A stretch of DNA of 63,640 nucleotides, the filler included, from Lenisia limosa (Eukaryota > Protista > Breviatea): assembly GCA_001655205.1 (NCBI GenBank). It is 17 parts of 17 records of this genome, joined end to end, with 100 filler letters (N's around TTAATTAATTAA, not from the genome) between each part and the next. Parts side by side here need not be neighbours in the genome. Positions count along the whole stretch, not along the records: positions 35,675 to 38,235 come from LPNZ01000980.1; positions 38,336 to 40,473 come from LPNZ01002175.1; positions 40,574 to 44,194 come from LPNZ01006845.1; positions 44,295 to 47,440 come from LPNZ01000235.1; positions 47,541 to 49,991 come from LPNZ01003187.1; 12 more parts are not named here. One strand, 5' to 3'. Made by a program: the position numbers and the translations under genes. This document shows, in pieces, positions 36,340 to 48,707 of this stretch (the first letter of the stretch is position 1; the number at the start of each line of letters is the position of its first letter). A model generated the notes under the pieces. It ran no database searches and was not told the origin of the DNA. It worked only from the letters and a program-made list of their open reading frames with translations.

Positions 36340-38068
36340 AAGGTCCGAACTTCCCTCCCAGTTCCCAGAAATCGCAAAATCGAAAATGCCAAACCCGAGC
36401 GCAGCAGTCCCTCCAGCCCATTGAAAGCTGAACCCACGTATCCACACACACGTAGTAACTTAGTTTCAAGAAATGCCACCAACAAGAACCCCTTCCCCCG
36501 CCATCCAGGTCCCCCACCGCCAGATCAACGATGATGATGGGCCGCCAAAGTCCTTCCGAGAGCTCCATCATGGCTCCCGAACCCCTTCTCCGATCGATTT
36601 CTCGTTAACAGCACGGGACAAAGCCCGATCACGGACAGACCCCCAGGATGACCTTCGAAGAATGCAACCGTCAAGACAAACTGGTTGGTATCTTAATTCC
36701 TCCATGTGTTTTTGGAGCGAATCTCTTTTCTGGTGTTGTTTTCTGTGTTAGTTTTGACTTGTTACTAATTTTTTAATCGGGCTTGTGCTGCAATATGCCC
36801 AAAATAATGTATCAATTTGCTTCTTTGGCTATTCCTGGTATTCAATATCTCTTATAAGCGTGATGTTGATACAATCTTGTTTTATTTCTCATCTCTACAT
36901 TTTTTTTTTGTTATAATGTGAAGCTCTATGGATGGGTTTGCGATTAAAGTAATTTGGACGAATATACTGGACCCTTGTATCTAATACAAAAACCCCCTTT
37001 AAAACAATACTTCTGTATTCCCTCCAAAGCCAACAGAGTTGATATGGATTTTTTTTTTATTTCATCCACGGTGTTTCAGCAATTGTATGATTAAATATTG
37101 GAGAGTTCTGCCTGAGACTCTTATGAACGTAATGGTGTGGATGGCTATTAATAAATACTCCTTATAACCGGATGGTGTTGTCAGCCTTTACCAAATGCTG
37201 TTGAGAACTTTTGCCAGATGCTGTGAGCAATAGACGGTGTTGATCCGTATCTTTTATGAGCGTGGTAGCCTATTCTTCAATATTCACAAGGAAATCCAAG
37301 ATAACTTTTGTACATGAACCCTTCTCTGATTCCCCTAATAAAAAAATACTCAATAAATCAAGATTTTTCACCCTCGTTTTATTCAAGCCGAACCCAGCTT
37401 TACTGCATATATTAACTTGAAAGTGGCAAGACCTTCCACTGGACAGCCTTCCATACCGGTCCGCCCTACCACCGCATCCCAGCTCAGACAGACGAGTGGT
37501 GGGGGGTATTTTTCGTGTTTTTTTTTTGTTTTGTTATTTAAAGAGAAATAATATATACTACATAAGAAATTTAGGGAAACAAATAAATACAAAAGGATAC
37601 CATAAACAAATTACCACACTTGGTTTGGGGGTAAATTCGAGCTGTTTATAGGGTGGTGGTCGTGGTTAAATTCGTATTAATGTGTATGTACAGTGACCAG
37701 GATAAGTCTTGAACGATTTTCCTTGGGAAATCACACAGCCAATCGGTGAAGACTTATCCCGGTCGATACATAAATTCATATTAATGTATAATGTGTGTTA
37801 AGTACATATATTATATCTCTTATAAGCATGATGGTGTGGACGGCTTCGAAGTTATTTCTTATTGCTATTTACAGTGACCGGGAGATCGGAAAAAGCGACC
37901 TCACCATCCCTAGGCCGACAGTTTGCTACTGAAATGCAGCGTTCGGTGTCTGTTGCAGCAAACTTCGGGCGTCCGCCCCCTGCTCAGCGTATCGACATTG
38001 GAGGGTTTCGACCCTCAAAAACAGTACTTCACCCTCGCACCCCTCTTATGTCAACTTCCAAATCGAGG
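36340..38068 (+). CDS. Multi-exon Ser/Pro/Arg-rich disordered protein
   Basis: AG/GT exons 36471-36683 (MPPTRTPSPAIQ..), ~37426-37494 and 37914-38068 (RQFATEMQRSVSVAANFGRPPPAQRIDIGGFRPSK..). Confidence 0.5.
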
Positions 38069-38812
38069 GTTTGGGGGTTAATTGAAGAAAATTTGGTCAT
38101 ATGTTTTTTTTTTTCTTATTATTTTTTGGATGGGGGGGATATTTATATGGGTTTTGGAGAGTTAAACATCTTATATTTTTTTTATTTTGGTGATAAAATG
38201 AAGGAAATTTTGAGATTTTTTTTTTTTTTTTTTTTNNNNNNNNNNNNNNNNNNNNNNNNNNNNNNNNNNNNNNNNNNNNTTAATTAATTAANNNNNNNNN
38301 NNNNNNNNNNNNNNNNNNNNNNNNNNNNNNNNNNNTGGTTAAAAAGCGACAACAGAATAATACAACTTGCGAATGAGAATAGTACTCTTAATGAGCTTGT
38401 GTATGAAAGCAATATTAATTAAAGACAAAGGATGAAGGGCCCAGTACCTAGTTGAACAAAGTCGAATTTACTGAAGTGCAGCAACGCAACCTGAACAATA
38501 AAACATCTCAAGTTCAGATGGCACTTTGAACAGCCCATTCAGTTGTCATATCACATGCTTACTTACGGTCCGAAAAAGGCCGGTCAAATATCGATAGTTA
38601 TCGAAGATATATCGAGAATTTCATTCTTTTTTGGGACCGTAAGGAAGCCTTAACCATATCATATAGCTCCAAATCTAAAGTTAAGTGCACAGATAGGTCT
38701 TTACTTCGGTTCGAAAAAGTCTGCTAAAATATCGATAGTTTTCGAGGATTTATCGAGCAATTCATTTTTTGAACTGAAGTGAAGCCCAATGCACAAAGTT
38801 CAAAGGACTGCA

Positions 38813-39830
38813 TAATTTCCAAGAGCCCTAACCTTGAGTAACTCAGTGATAGCACCAATGATCTGGATCATGAGGAGGGAGTGGACACGAAGAGCCTGTC
38901 TATTGGAGGGAGCAGTGATGCCGCGAGCCTCGATCTCGAAGAACAGCACTGGCGTCAGACGTCGACCAACCTGAGTGGTGATGTATGAAAGGAATTTCGA
39001 GAGCCAGTAAGAGCAGAAACTCACAGTACTGTTGGTTTTACAAAGAGTATAATCCTGAATCAAAAGCAGACCCCTCGTACTTCGGTGATAAACTCATGGT
39101 CCACCTTCCCTGAGGTTTTCATCTGAGCGGTAAGGGGGGAAGATTTGAACCTGTTGTGACTGAATCAACTTCTTGCAAAGTCCAAGTGATAATCCAGAAA
39201 TGTGTTAAATCATTATGCGAACTTCTAGAAGATCTCGTATTTGTGTCCCCCCCTCCCCCGGCAACTCACGCAATCCTGAATGTATAGTATCACCAACATA
39301 CTTCTGTAATAATGTTGGTGGCGCTTTCATAGACGGCCTTCCTCACGGAGCCTTCAATAATCAAGAGTAGGCCCCGAAAGCGTGTTTATTACTTCAATTG
39401 CTCGAATAATTGTGATTTTACATTATCAGTCGAAAGTGAATGTAGATACTCCGCAACATCCCAGCGCCCACCAGCGGAGAGAAGAGGGTTTTGCTCGACG
39501 ATTGTCTGGGACTGGCTTGGGCCCGCTGCTCGAGGATCCAAGTGCTGCGTGGTGAGTATACAACAAGATATGAATTGTGTGTGTCTATCGAATATCAAGT
39601 TCCCGGGGGTATTTGAGTTCGATTTCACGATCCCATATCCAAATCAAGTCGTATAAAAGATAAAAGAAGATATAATGCTCCTGGCAAGTTTTGCCTCAGA
39701 TGCGGGATAAGACACACCGCACCCCATAACCGTAAGTATAGCCAGGATGGATTGTTTGTTGTAGAGTGTGGAAGTGAACGCCATTGCCTCTGGCTTGCCT
39801 CCCTCCGTACGGGCCTTTTTCTTTGCCTGG
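38813..39830 (-). CDS. Multi-exon gene, unknown product
   Basis: Several minus-strand AG/GT-bounded, protein-like exons (..LTPVLFFEIEARGITAPSNRQALRVHSLLMIQIIGAITELLK; MKTSGKVDHEFITEVR; IIEGSVRKAVYESATNIITE; HLDPRAAGPSQ..). Confidence 0.45.
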
Positions 39831-40253
39831 AGTGTGAAAATATAAATAATATTCAATTTTATTGTTTAATATTCAAGACACAAATTAGTCCTGTCCGAAG
39901 ATACCACGCAGAGTTACGCTTGCAAACCTTTGGTTTCTTGGCTGGTTTATCTTCAACAGTGGCCTAGATCCGTTACTTGGGGTCGGGAGTAAAGCCAAAA
40001 ACTTTTTGTTTAAATTAATTTCGAATTAAAAAAATTAATTAAAAAAATTTATTGCACCGACTTCTAGGAATAATATCTCACAGATCCTCAATTTTAAAAA
40101 TAAACCAATGTCATGCTTCCCCACAAACTTTGGCAGCAGCAATGATTTCTTCTTGGACTAGGTAGAGACGTTGGATGTCTGAGGGGCCACGTCCTGTACC
40201 TGGGTTAACACCATGGCGTTTAACAACATCAAAGAAACATGGATTATTATTAT

Positions 40254-40384
40254 TAGGGCTCCCTGCAATTAATTGAAAAATTATTTTTCAAATTTGAAGT
40301 TGGACATATTGTGACGAGAACCCCTTTTCAGACATGTTAATTTGTATCAATTTCCTCAAACAAATTAATTACACAGAGCCCTAG
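40254..40384. mobile_element. MITE family F (~130 bp, TIR GGGCTCCGTGCAATTAATT)
   Basis: TA-GGGCTCCCTGCAATTAATT...AATTAATTACACAGAGCCC-TA. Homologous copies at 2489-2607 and 28426-28557 (opposite orientation of the core). Confidence 0.85.
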
Positions 40385-40852
40385 TTATATACTTCTACAT
40401 TCAAAGTACCTCCCACCAGACACGCCAGCAAAGGCTATGGCGGCACCCAAGGTACTGACCACGAGAGACGCGANNNNNNNNNNNNNNNNNNNNNNNNNNN
40501 NNNNNNNNNNNNNNNNNTTAATTAATTAANNNNNNNNNNNNNNNNNNNNNNNNNNNNNNNNNNNNNNNNNNNNAGCTCGAGGCTCCCGGGGGATGGAAGA
40601 ACCTATATCGTAAATACAACTATACAGATTTATCTAAAAATGGGATGCAGTATGCGTCAGTGGAAAAAAAAATAGTAATAAACGCAGCGTTTTTCTGAAC
40701 AAACTGGGATAATTTATGTTTTGTCAAACCTGGTCACTGTTTTGATGAATGAACCTCAAAAAGAGATTCATCCCCCTTTCCTCACCATAATCATCGTTCA
40801 CCCCACATCACACCCCTCACTCCCTCCTACCAGAAACCATTTCAGGATACAC

Positions 40853-43788
40853 TCCAGCTGCCGCCGCCGCTGTAATTTCCACGCCGAACAGCGTGGAAGG
40901 CATGGCGGTGAGTGCCAGGCTGGGGATGTGGACTGACCATGACGACTGGGGAGCCTGGGGTGTNNNNNNNNNNNNNNNNNNNNNNNNNNNNNNNNNNNNN
41001 NNNNNNNNNNNNNNNNNNNNNNNNNNNNNNNNNNNNNNNNNNNNNNNNNNNNNNNNNNNNNNNNNNNNNNNNNNNNNNNNNNNNNNNNNNNNNNNNNNNN
41101 NNNNNNNNNNNNNNNNNNNNNNNNNNNNNNNNNNNNNNNNNNNNNNNNNNNNNNNNNNNNNNNNNNNNNNNNNNNNNNNNNNNNNNNNNNNNNNNNNNNN
41201 NNNNNNNNNNNNNNNNNNNNNNNNNNNCAGAAATACAGCTAGGTAGTAACATTGATATTCTATATGATATCCTACATGTTGCTCTATACTCTATACACAT
41301 ATAAAAATACCTCTGGGGGGTACAAATCGTCGGCAAGAAGCCGCGAAGTCAATTCAATTGAGAACGCAGTGTTTTCCACAAGGGGGGAGAAGAGCGAAGG
41401 GGTCAAACTAGAGGTGGTGAGTACTGGAGGCGAGTAGGAGGGAAGACGAAATGAGGCAAAGAATTGGTAATATATTGGCTTGGACTCAAAAAAAAACTCA
41501 CGTTTGCATGATATCCGGAGCAATAGGCCCAAGTCTGCCGTTGATAGTTGTGACAGAGACAGCAAGTGATCCTGAGATCTAAAAGAATCAACATTATAAG
41601 GCAATGGATGGGGTGTTTATATATGGAATTTATGACTAAAGCAAACGTATAAATATTCCGAGACAAACAGTGCTGGATGTGCTTATACATTCTTATTCAT
41701 GTCATGTGTCCAATCCTTGAAACACTACTCCAAGCCTTGGTGTCAAAAACATCTTCCAATTTGATGCGTAGGCACTCACGTACTTTTTTTGGTATCAAGT
41801 TATTCTGGATGTGCTTATAGATTCTTATTCATGTCATGTGTCCAATCCTTGAAATTTTCCTCTGTATATAAATATACTTATGTCTAATTATGGAAAGTAT
41901 CCTCTCTATACATATTGTATTTGACATCACTTGATTCAAATTATGAATTATATATGTAATATATCACCCCCCCCCCCAAAGTATGGGAATTTGTTGGTGG
42001 TATCCCTATGTATCATGTCTGTGTTGTCAGATTTATGTACAGTGGCCGGGATAAGTCTTGCCTATTTTCACACATAGCAAATCGGTCAAGACTTATCCCG
42101 ACGAATATTAATCTCCTTGCCCCCAGGCCACCTTTTGCGTGAGATAGGCGTAACAACGCGACGCAGGATCCGCGGCCGCGAGGATATAAGGCCAGTGCGG
42201 GGAGTTGGCAGTGATGGAGTGGTGCGGCAGCGTAATAGGGAGCTCTATCGTCGATAATCGTATAGATTCGCCACCTGGGGTGGGGGGGGGGGGGTAAAAT
42301 TTGAAAACTCATAAAACAAAAANNNNNNNNNNNNNNNNNNNNNNNNNNNNNNNNNNNNNNNNNNNNNNNNNNNNNNNNNNNNNNNNNNNNNNNNNNNNNN
42401 NNNNNNNNNNNAAGTAAAGTTATATTCCCATAAAAGGCAAGTTTGAAGTGATTCATGATATTTCGAGATATTGGTACATGTTACATTATGAAAAGAACAA
42501 AACGGCACAATAATTTTGCTGCGCACCGAACATAGGGGAAGGGGGTGGTGATGGTTATGATAGTGATGATGTTGGTGATGATGATGGTGATGGTGAGAGG
42601 GATTCCAAATCATGAACAGACACACAGGGAGTTATAAATTTGTCTTTAGTATCCCTTAGCTATATTCAAGACCCACTCAGTATCATGCAAGCAACAGGCA
42701 CACTAGCAGGTACGTTAGCTGCAGCTGGGATGAGAACGTCAACTTTGGAACACAGGAAATCTGGGGGGGGGGGGGNNNNNNNNNNNNNNNNNNNNNNNNN
42801 NNNNNNNNNNNNNNNNNNNNNNNNNNNNNNNNNNNNNNNNNNNNNNNNNNNNNNNNNNNNNNNNNNNNNNNNNNNNNNNNNNNNNNNNNNNNNNNNNNNN
42901 NNNNNNNNNNNNNNNNNNNNNNNNNNNNNNNNNNNNNNNNNNNNNNNNNNNNNNNNNNNNNNNNNNNNNNNNNNNNNNNNNNNNNNNNNNNNNNNNNNNN
43001 NNGTGCACAGCTTTCTGCGTGTATCCTACTTCCATCCCCCCACCCAGGACCGGCGGCGGGGTGTGGGACCACAATGTTCGGGCGTCATTTGGCCGAACTG
43101 CCGGCCCGTCACTTTCCCATTCCGCCGGGACCTGGAGTATAAGGGGGGGTGTTGGGATAATTATACGGGTCTCCAATTTTGCCAATTGGTGTACACCCAG
43201 GGTCCCACCCCGTTCGAAAAAATCCTGTAAATTATCGATATTTTTCGAGGATTTATCAGAAATTCAGTCATTTTTTCGAACCGAAGTGAAGTACAAGATA
43301 TAACGGTCTGTTGCCGGGACGTAAGCAATGGCCTTCCCAATCCCGCTCACCACGTCGATACTGCTTTTGATAGGGCCTTTGGAGACCTTCCAGCGCTCGG
43401 CAGTCGAATCCGCCGCCACTGCTGCAAGAAGGTCCAGAACCGAGTTGAGGGCTGGGGGGGGGGGTGAATAAAAGCCCAAAATGGGGGATTTACTTTCGAG
43501 AAAATATTTTGAATTATCTATGAGGGAAAGATGACGGAAAGATGGTGAAATGGTCCTCTTTTCATGAATTTCAGACCAGAATATCCCACTTAAATCTATT
43601 GGATCACCCCTTACACAATAATCAAACACCCCTGTTATATCGCCCCACCTATTGGGTCAAAAACGGCTGTAATCGGGCCAAATTTTGCTTTGGTTCTTTG
43701 GGTGCCGAACGGGGAGGACGCTCCCATGCCGGCTCCGAGGGCAAAGGTCATGGAAGACCCGCTGAACTTCGATTTTGCTGAGGGGGTT

Positions 43789-43830
<42 letters not shown>

Positions 43831-44019
43831 TTGATGATGATGATTATTATTATTATTATGTTGAGTATAAAAAAAATAATGTTTGGAGATGTTACGGTTT
43901 TTTAAAAAGTGTTCATATCCCACCCTTATCCGCTTCAGTGTTATCTTCGTCGTTGTTGAAGAGATGAACTGAGTCGATGATCATAAACAGGGCTGCATCC
44001 AAGCCCGCCGCTGACCATT
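40853..44019 (-). CDS. Multi-exon gene, unknown product
   Basis: Minus-strand exons follow poly-C+AG acceptors at 44020, ~43456 and 42275 (EWSAAGLDAALFMIIDSVHLFNNDED..; LNSVLDLLAAVAADSTAERWKVSKG..; GESIRLSTIELPITLPHH..), with further exons near 41310-41410 and 40853-40960. Confidence 0.55.
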
Positions 44020-44648
44020 CTGGGGGGGGGGGGATTAAAATTGGAGAATTCGTGAAACAAAAAAAGCCGAAAACAACTCTGTTGGCTGACAACACACGGT
44101 AAACTAATAGGTTTAGACGGTATTGTCATATTTATCATAAACCTATGAAAGCAATGAGGGATACAAAAGAGCTGTATCTGGCCGAAGCCGTCCANNNNNN
44201 NNNNNNNNNNNNNNNNNNNNNNNNNNNNNNNNNNNNNNTTAATTAATTAANNNNNNNNNNNNNNNNNNNNNNNNNNNNNNNNNNNNNNNNNNNNGCTGTA
44301 TGGAGCCCGACTACTCCCAACTGCACGTGGCGAAACCGGCGACACCATCCTCAGTATTTTAACCGGTCTGTCAAATTGATTGGTTTCATGCTTCTTTGGG
44401 GGACATTTTGTTTCATTCTCCTTATGAATATATCTTTCATTTCTTGCTGTGTCCTCTTGAGTGCTTTGACGTAATAGCAAATGGGCGTGAGTATATCCTT
44501 CGAGCCCCTCATGTTTCTGTCAAATGGGAGTGGATCAAGGCTCTTGCAGCACGCAATCGAGGACTCAATCTTATAGGTCTGGGGGGAGGGGGGAGGGTAC
44601 AAGGTGTTTATGTGTGAGTCGAGTTCAAATGCATGGCGGATGGATGAC

Positions 44649-47440
44649 TGAGATAACCTTCCAGACATCGAGATGTCAAATGCTGGTGCCGTGCTCGTAC
44701 CAGCTGTCTGTGAAAACGTGGGTTAACGTTGTTTTTGTTCTCCTTGGGATTTTATTTTTATATTGTAGACCCCAGAGGATGTTTCTGTTACAGACCTTGG
44801 ACGAAATAGCACATTTGCAACTGCCTTTTCTTCGTTTTCAGGGACGCTTCAGGTTGGTGACAATGATAACGTCTTTAGTATAAGTTATGCACACATTCAC
44901 AATAAGCTTTGATTTTGTTTACGCCATAGGCCAATGGTCCCAATGAATTTGACTGGGAGAACACGCCGACACCCAAAGCAAATACACGCAGACGAAGGAG
45001 GAAGAATCGTAAGTGGCGTGTTTTGCTAAACACTATGAATTAGAATTTGCAACAATCAACATCCCTTTTGATATCTGACTTTGTAGCAAATGCGTCTCTG
45101 GCGACTGGTAACTACGACTCAATGCAAGGCGACTATTGTAGGTCTTGCGTCAGTGTGATTTCGTTGACTTCTCAGCTTCCAAAGGCAGCGGGGACGAAAG
45201 CAGCATGGGATGTGGAGATCTGGTAAGTTTCTGACTTGGTGTTGTTTCTTTTCAGATGGGTTTGACTTGGCAGACTTCTGGGCTTAATACACGAACACGC
45301 AAAGAGAGGCACACAATTCTGTCAACGTACCATCAGGTATGGCGTGTTTGTTAAGCATCCTCAAGACAGTGCCCAATAACATGTTTAGGGAAGGGTTTCA
45401 CCAGCAGTAATCCATAGTAACTCCAACGTCGGCACTATCATTCAGTCCAACCACTATCAACCGCATCCATCCGATGCCAAACCCGGTAGATGGCTTCTTG
45501 AGGCACGGGTCTTGGATGGCCAAGGGAATGAGGTTTGTTTGGTGATCATCTTCATTGTTATGCTTCAGGTTTTCTTAGCCCTCACCCTCGACCCTAATAC
45601 GGATGAAAACGAATTTGAGAACCAATTACCGAAGCCTTCACCAGGGGGAAAGTCAGAAAACTATGTTTGAGGGTGTTTGACAAGCTTGCTTTGCTATACA
45701 GTCCTCTGATGATCCAGCAATCTGCGTGGGAGGACAACTTCGGAACTGTTAATTGGCCGAAGGTTTGTACATCCCTGGTGTTTGCATTTTTTTTTTTCAT
45801 CTGGACTAAACTCTCTCCATGCATGCTTCACACTCCGCAGAATTCGCCGCCCACCAGGGGCGATAGTAGTGACGGAAAGGAAATGGCCACGTCGCCGACG
45901 GACCTTCCGATGCCGTCGGCTCCCGCACATCTCAGGGGTACTAGCTCGCCCGCGTCCGGTACGCTGGCTGATCTTATGGATCTTGAGCAGTGTTCACTTT
46001 GCAGATGACTCGCGAAACTCTTCCGCCGCCGTGGTCAGTGATAGCGACCTTGCCCCTCCTGGTGAGTCATCTCCGATCTCGATCTTCCCTCACCCTCCAG
46101 TTGCGCCAGCATATCTGAGCCAGCAGCCTGAATCTCCAGGACCCGTCCAAAGCCCCCCCACTCCTTCATACCCCATGCCCTCTCCCAACGCTGAATCTCC
46201 CCAAAGTCCCATACAACCAGGTGGGGGTTCCTTCTAGTGCTGGTGTTCAGTTTATGAACTAATGATCCTATTCTCTTTAACCATTGCTCAGCTGAACCCC
46301 CAAAACCTCAACCCCCGAAGCCAAAGTTCAAATTTGCGCCACCCCCTGTACGGTCCGGTGTGGCAAGAACCAAGGTTGCCGGACCCCTCTCAAAGCCCCC
46401 CCAAGTTGGAAGGATTATGGTATTAGTGCTGATGTGAAATAACCGTTTAATTATCATCCCGTCTAATTATTTAGTCCCACATTCTCCCATTGTCTCCAAC
46501 CCCCCAAAAGTCCACCGAAGGCCTTGAGTCTGAAAAATCTGAAGGAAAATCTGAAGGAAAATCTGAAGGAAAATCTGAAGATCAAGCTAAATCTCCTGAA
46601 CTGGCTGAAACTCAACCGAGCGACCTAGTATCCCCTCAAAAAGTTTGAATAGCCATATTTGATAATGTGCCTCCCTTATGTAAAGTGTTCCCTGACAATA
46701 CAGGACTCTGAAGAAGCCATTGTCCCCTCCAGTCCTATCGCCCTCGAAACACCCTCCCCCCTTCAATTGGCCCATTCCCCCGAGTCCAATGATGACGACC
46801 TCTTTGTGGTGGGTGGCAAAGCCGTGTGTAAAGCTATCAGACAGATTGTTTTTTCAATATTATAATTGAAACAGAGAATGGACGGTTTCAACCTGATACC
46901 TTCTTTTTTTTTTTTTTTTGATCCCATTTCCACCTGGTTAATTGTTGTCCTCACAAAGCAGCGCGAGGATGTTGAAGGCTCGGTTGTGCCGAGGTTCCGA
47001 CGGAAGACAGAAGTTGAGATCATTGCCGATGACGTGGCTTCCGAAACTGAGAGCCTTTTGGCTAACAACCCTGCCGGACCAGGTTAGTTGGTCTTGATCT
47101 CGAAAACAAGATGACTGTGTAAGCCGGTTGACACCACAGGAGAGGAGTTGGCGGTGGGTGATGAGCTTCCCATGAACCTAGATGACGACCCTGCCCTCAC
47201 TGCCCTCGCACCCAAAATGGTGGGAAGATACGATTGTTGATTATGAAAAAACAAATGTGTAAGTGTCAAGAAAGGGGGATTGAAATGGACATTTGGTGTC
47301 TTCCTCTGACCAACAGGCGGTTACTACCACGCCTAAGGCCGAACGAGTCGCAATGGCTCGGTCGCCTTGCGAATGTGAGGAGCCCAGCTCCAAGGCCGAC
47401 TGGTTCGACAACGACAAGGTCTGCGGCCTATATCGCAATG
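44649..47440 (+). CDS. Multi-exon Pro/Ser-rich protein, unknown function
   Basis: Numerous AG/GT exons (NSPPTRGDSSDGKEM..; ..PESPGPVQSPPTPSYPMPSP..; EPPKPQPPKPKFKFAPPPVR..; STEGLESEKSEGKSEGKSEGKSED, a 12-bp coding repeat at ~46532-46580; ..SPCECEEPSSKADWFDNDKVCG). Confidence 0.5.
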
Positions 47441-48707
47441 NNNNNNNNNNNNNNNNNNNNNNNNNNNNNNNNNNNNNNNNNNNNTTAATTAATTAANNNN
47501 NNNNNNNNNNNNNNNNNNNNNNNNNNNNNNNNNNNNNNNNTATATCATCATATCAAATATCATTTTCCAACACGTTAACTCATATCCTCTAGATAAATGA
47601 ACATATAGGTTACTTTCAAGGTGAAATAATGAACGAAGATAAAACGATTGTTCAAGATAAAACGATTGTTCTACCCGAGTAATCAGTGTATCATTGAGAC
47701 TTGTAAGTCAATTATCCCATGAGTGAATATGGCATTGCATGGAAATGAAAATTCACACTTGATGTTGAGGGATATATTTAATAAACGATAACACCATTTT
47801 GAAGGGGGAAAGTGCAACTGGTACCTATACAACATTTCAATATCTCTAAAAATTGTAGTGTGATTCTATCTGAATATAAAACAGGTATATCCAAGGTATA
47901 TTACTATCTTCATTGTGGAATGTAAATGCTTGCATTTGGATATTGGGGAATAAAGTATACCACGAGCTGTGTACGCAGAGTTGTAAGGAAAATGATTGTG
48001 TGAATTAGTGTTATTTTCGACCAGGTACAACCTTGTTTTATTTCTCATCTCTAGATATTACATCCACATTACCTATGGTTTGATATGCATAATAGGGGTC
48101 TGGCCGAAGGGCCAAAGCTGTCCACACCATCGCGCTTATAAAAGAGATACACTATGATATTATTCCTTCCAAATACCTTGCGCTGACTCTCTGATGGGTA
48201 GGTCTTTGACTAAACTCCTGAAAGACTGTCTTGATGCTTCTGATTATTTATGAGTTAATTAAACAAGTAGACCAAGATTAGGTAAAGAGGGGAACCTTGA
48301 ATACTCGGGTGATAGAGGAGAGAGGTGGGGGTACTGGGTAATGAGTCTAATTGTTGTAATATTGTTGGTTGGTGGTTTTTATGTTGTTTTTAAGAGAGGA
48401 GAGAATGGGCGGAGGGCGAGTAAATTAATTGTCAAAGGGAAGGGATCGAGAGATCGACACTTGTTCGGGTCGGAACAAAAACAAAAAAATGAAAAAAGCC
48501 AAGGAAGTAAGGTGGAAATGCTATAAGCTTTATTACTAAGCCGATAATTTCAGCGTTAGACGATGTCACCCTCTTCGAAGGGTAATCTGATTTTCAGGGT
48601 AAGCGTGCACTGCTTCTGCTATTGCTGAAATGGTGATATTATTGATAATAAAGGCTTTAAACTTGGGTTATTTATGCAACCAGCTCTTTCCCTTTTTCAT
48701 AATCTAG

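Noticed and set aside
43657-43923. Poly-His and poly-Met ORFs (also 42245-42625)
   Set aside because: Translations of intronic (GAT/CAT)n microsatellites lying between exons of the minus-strand gene.
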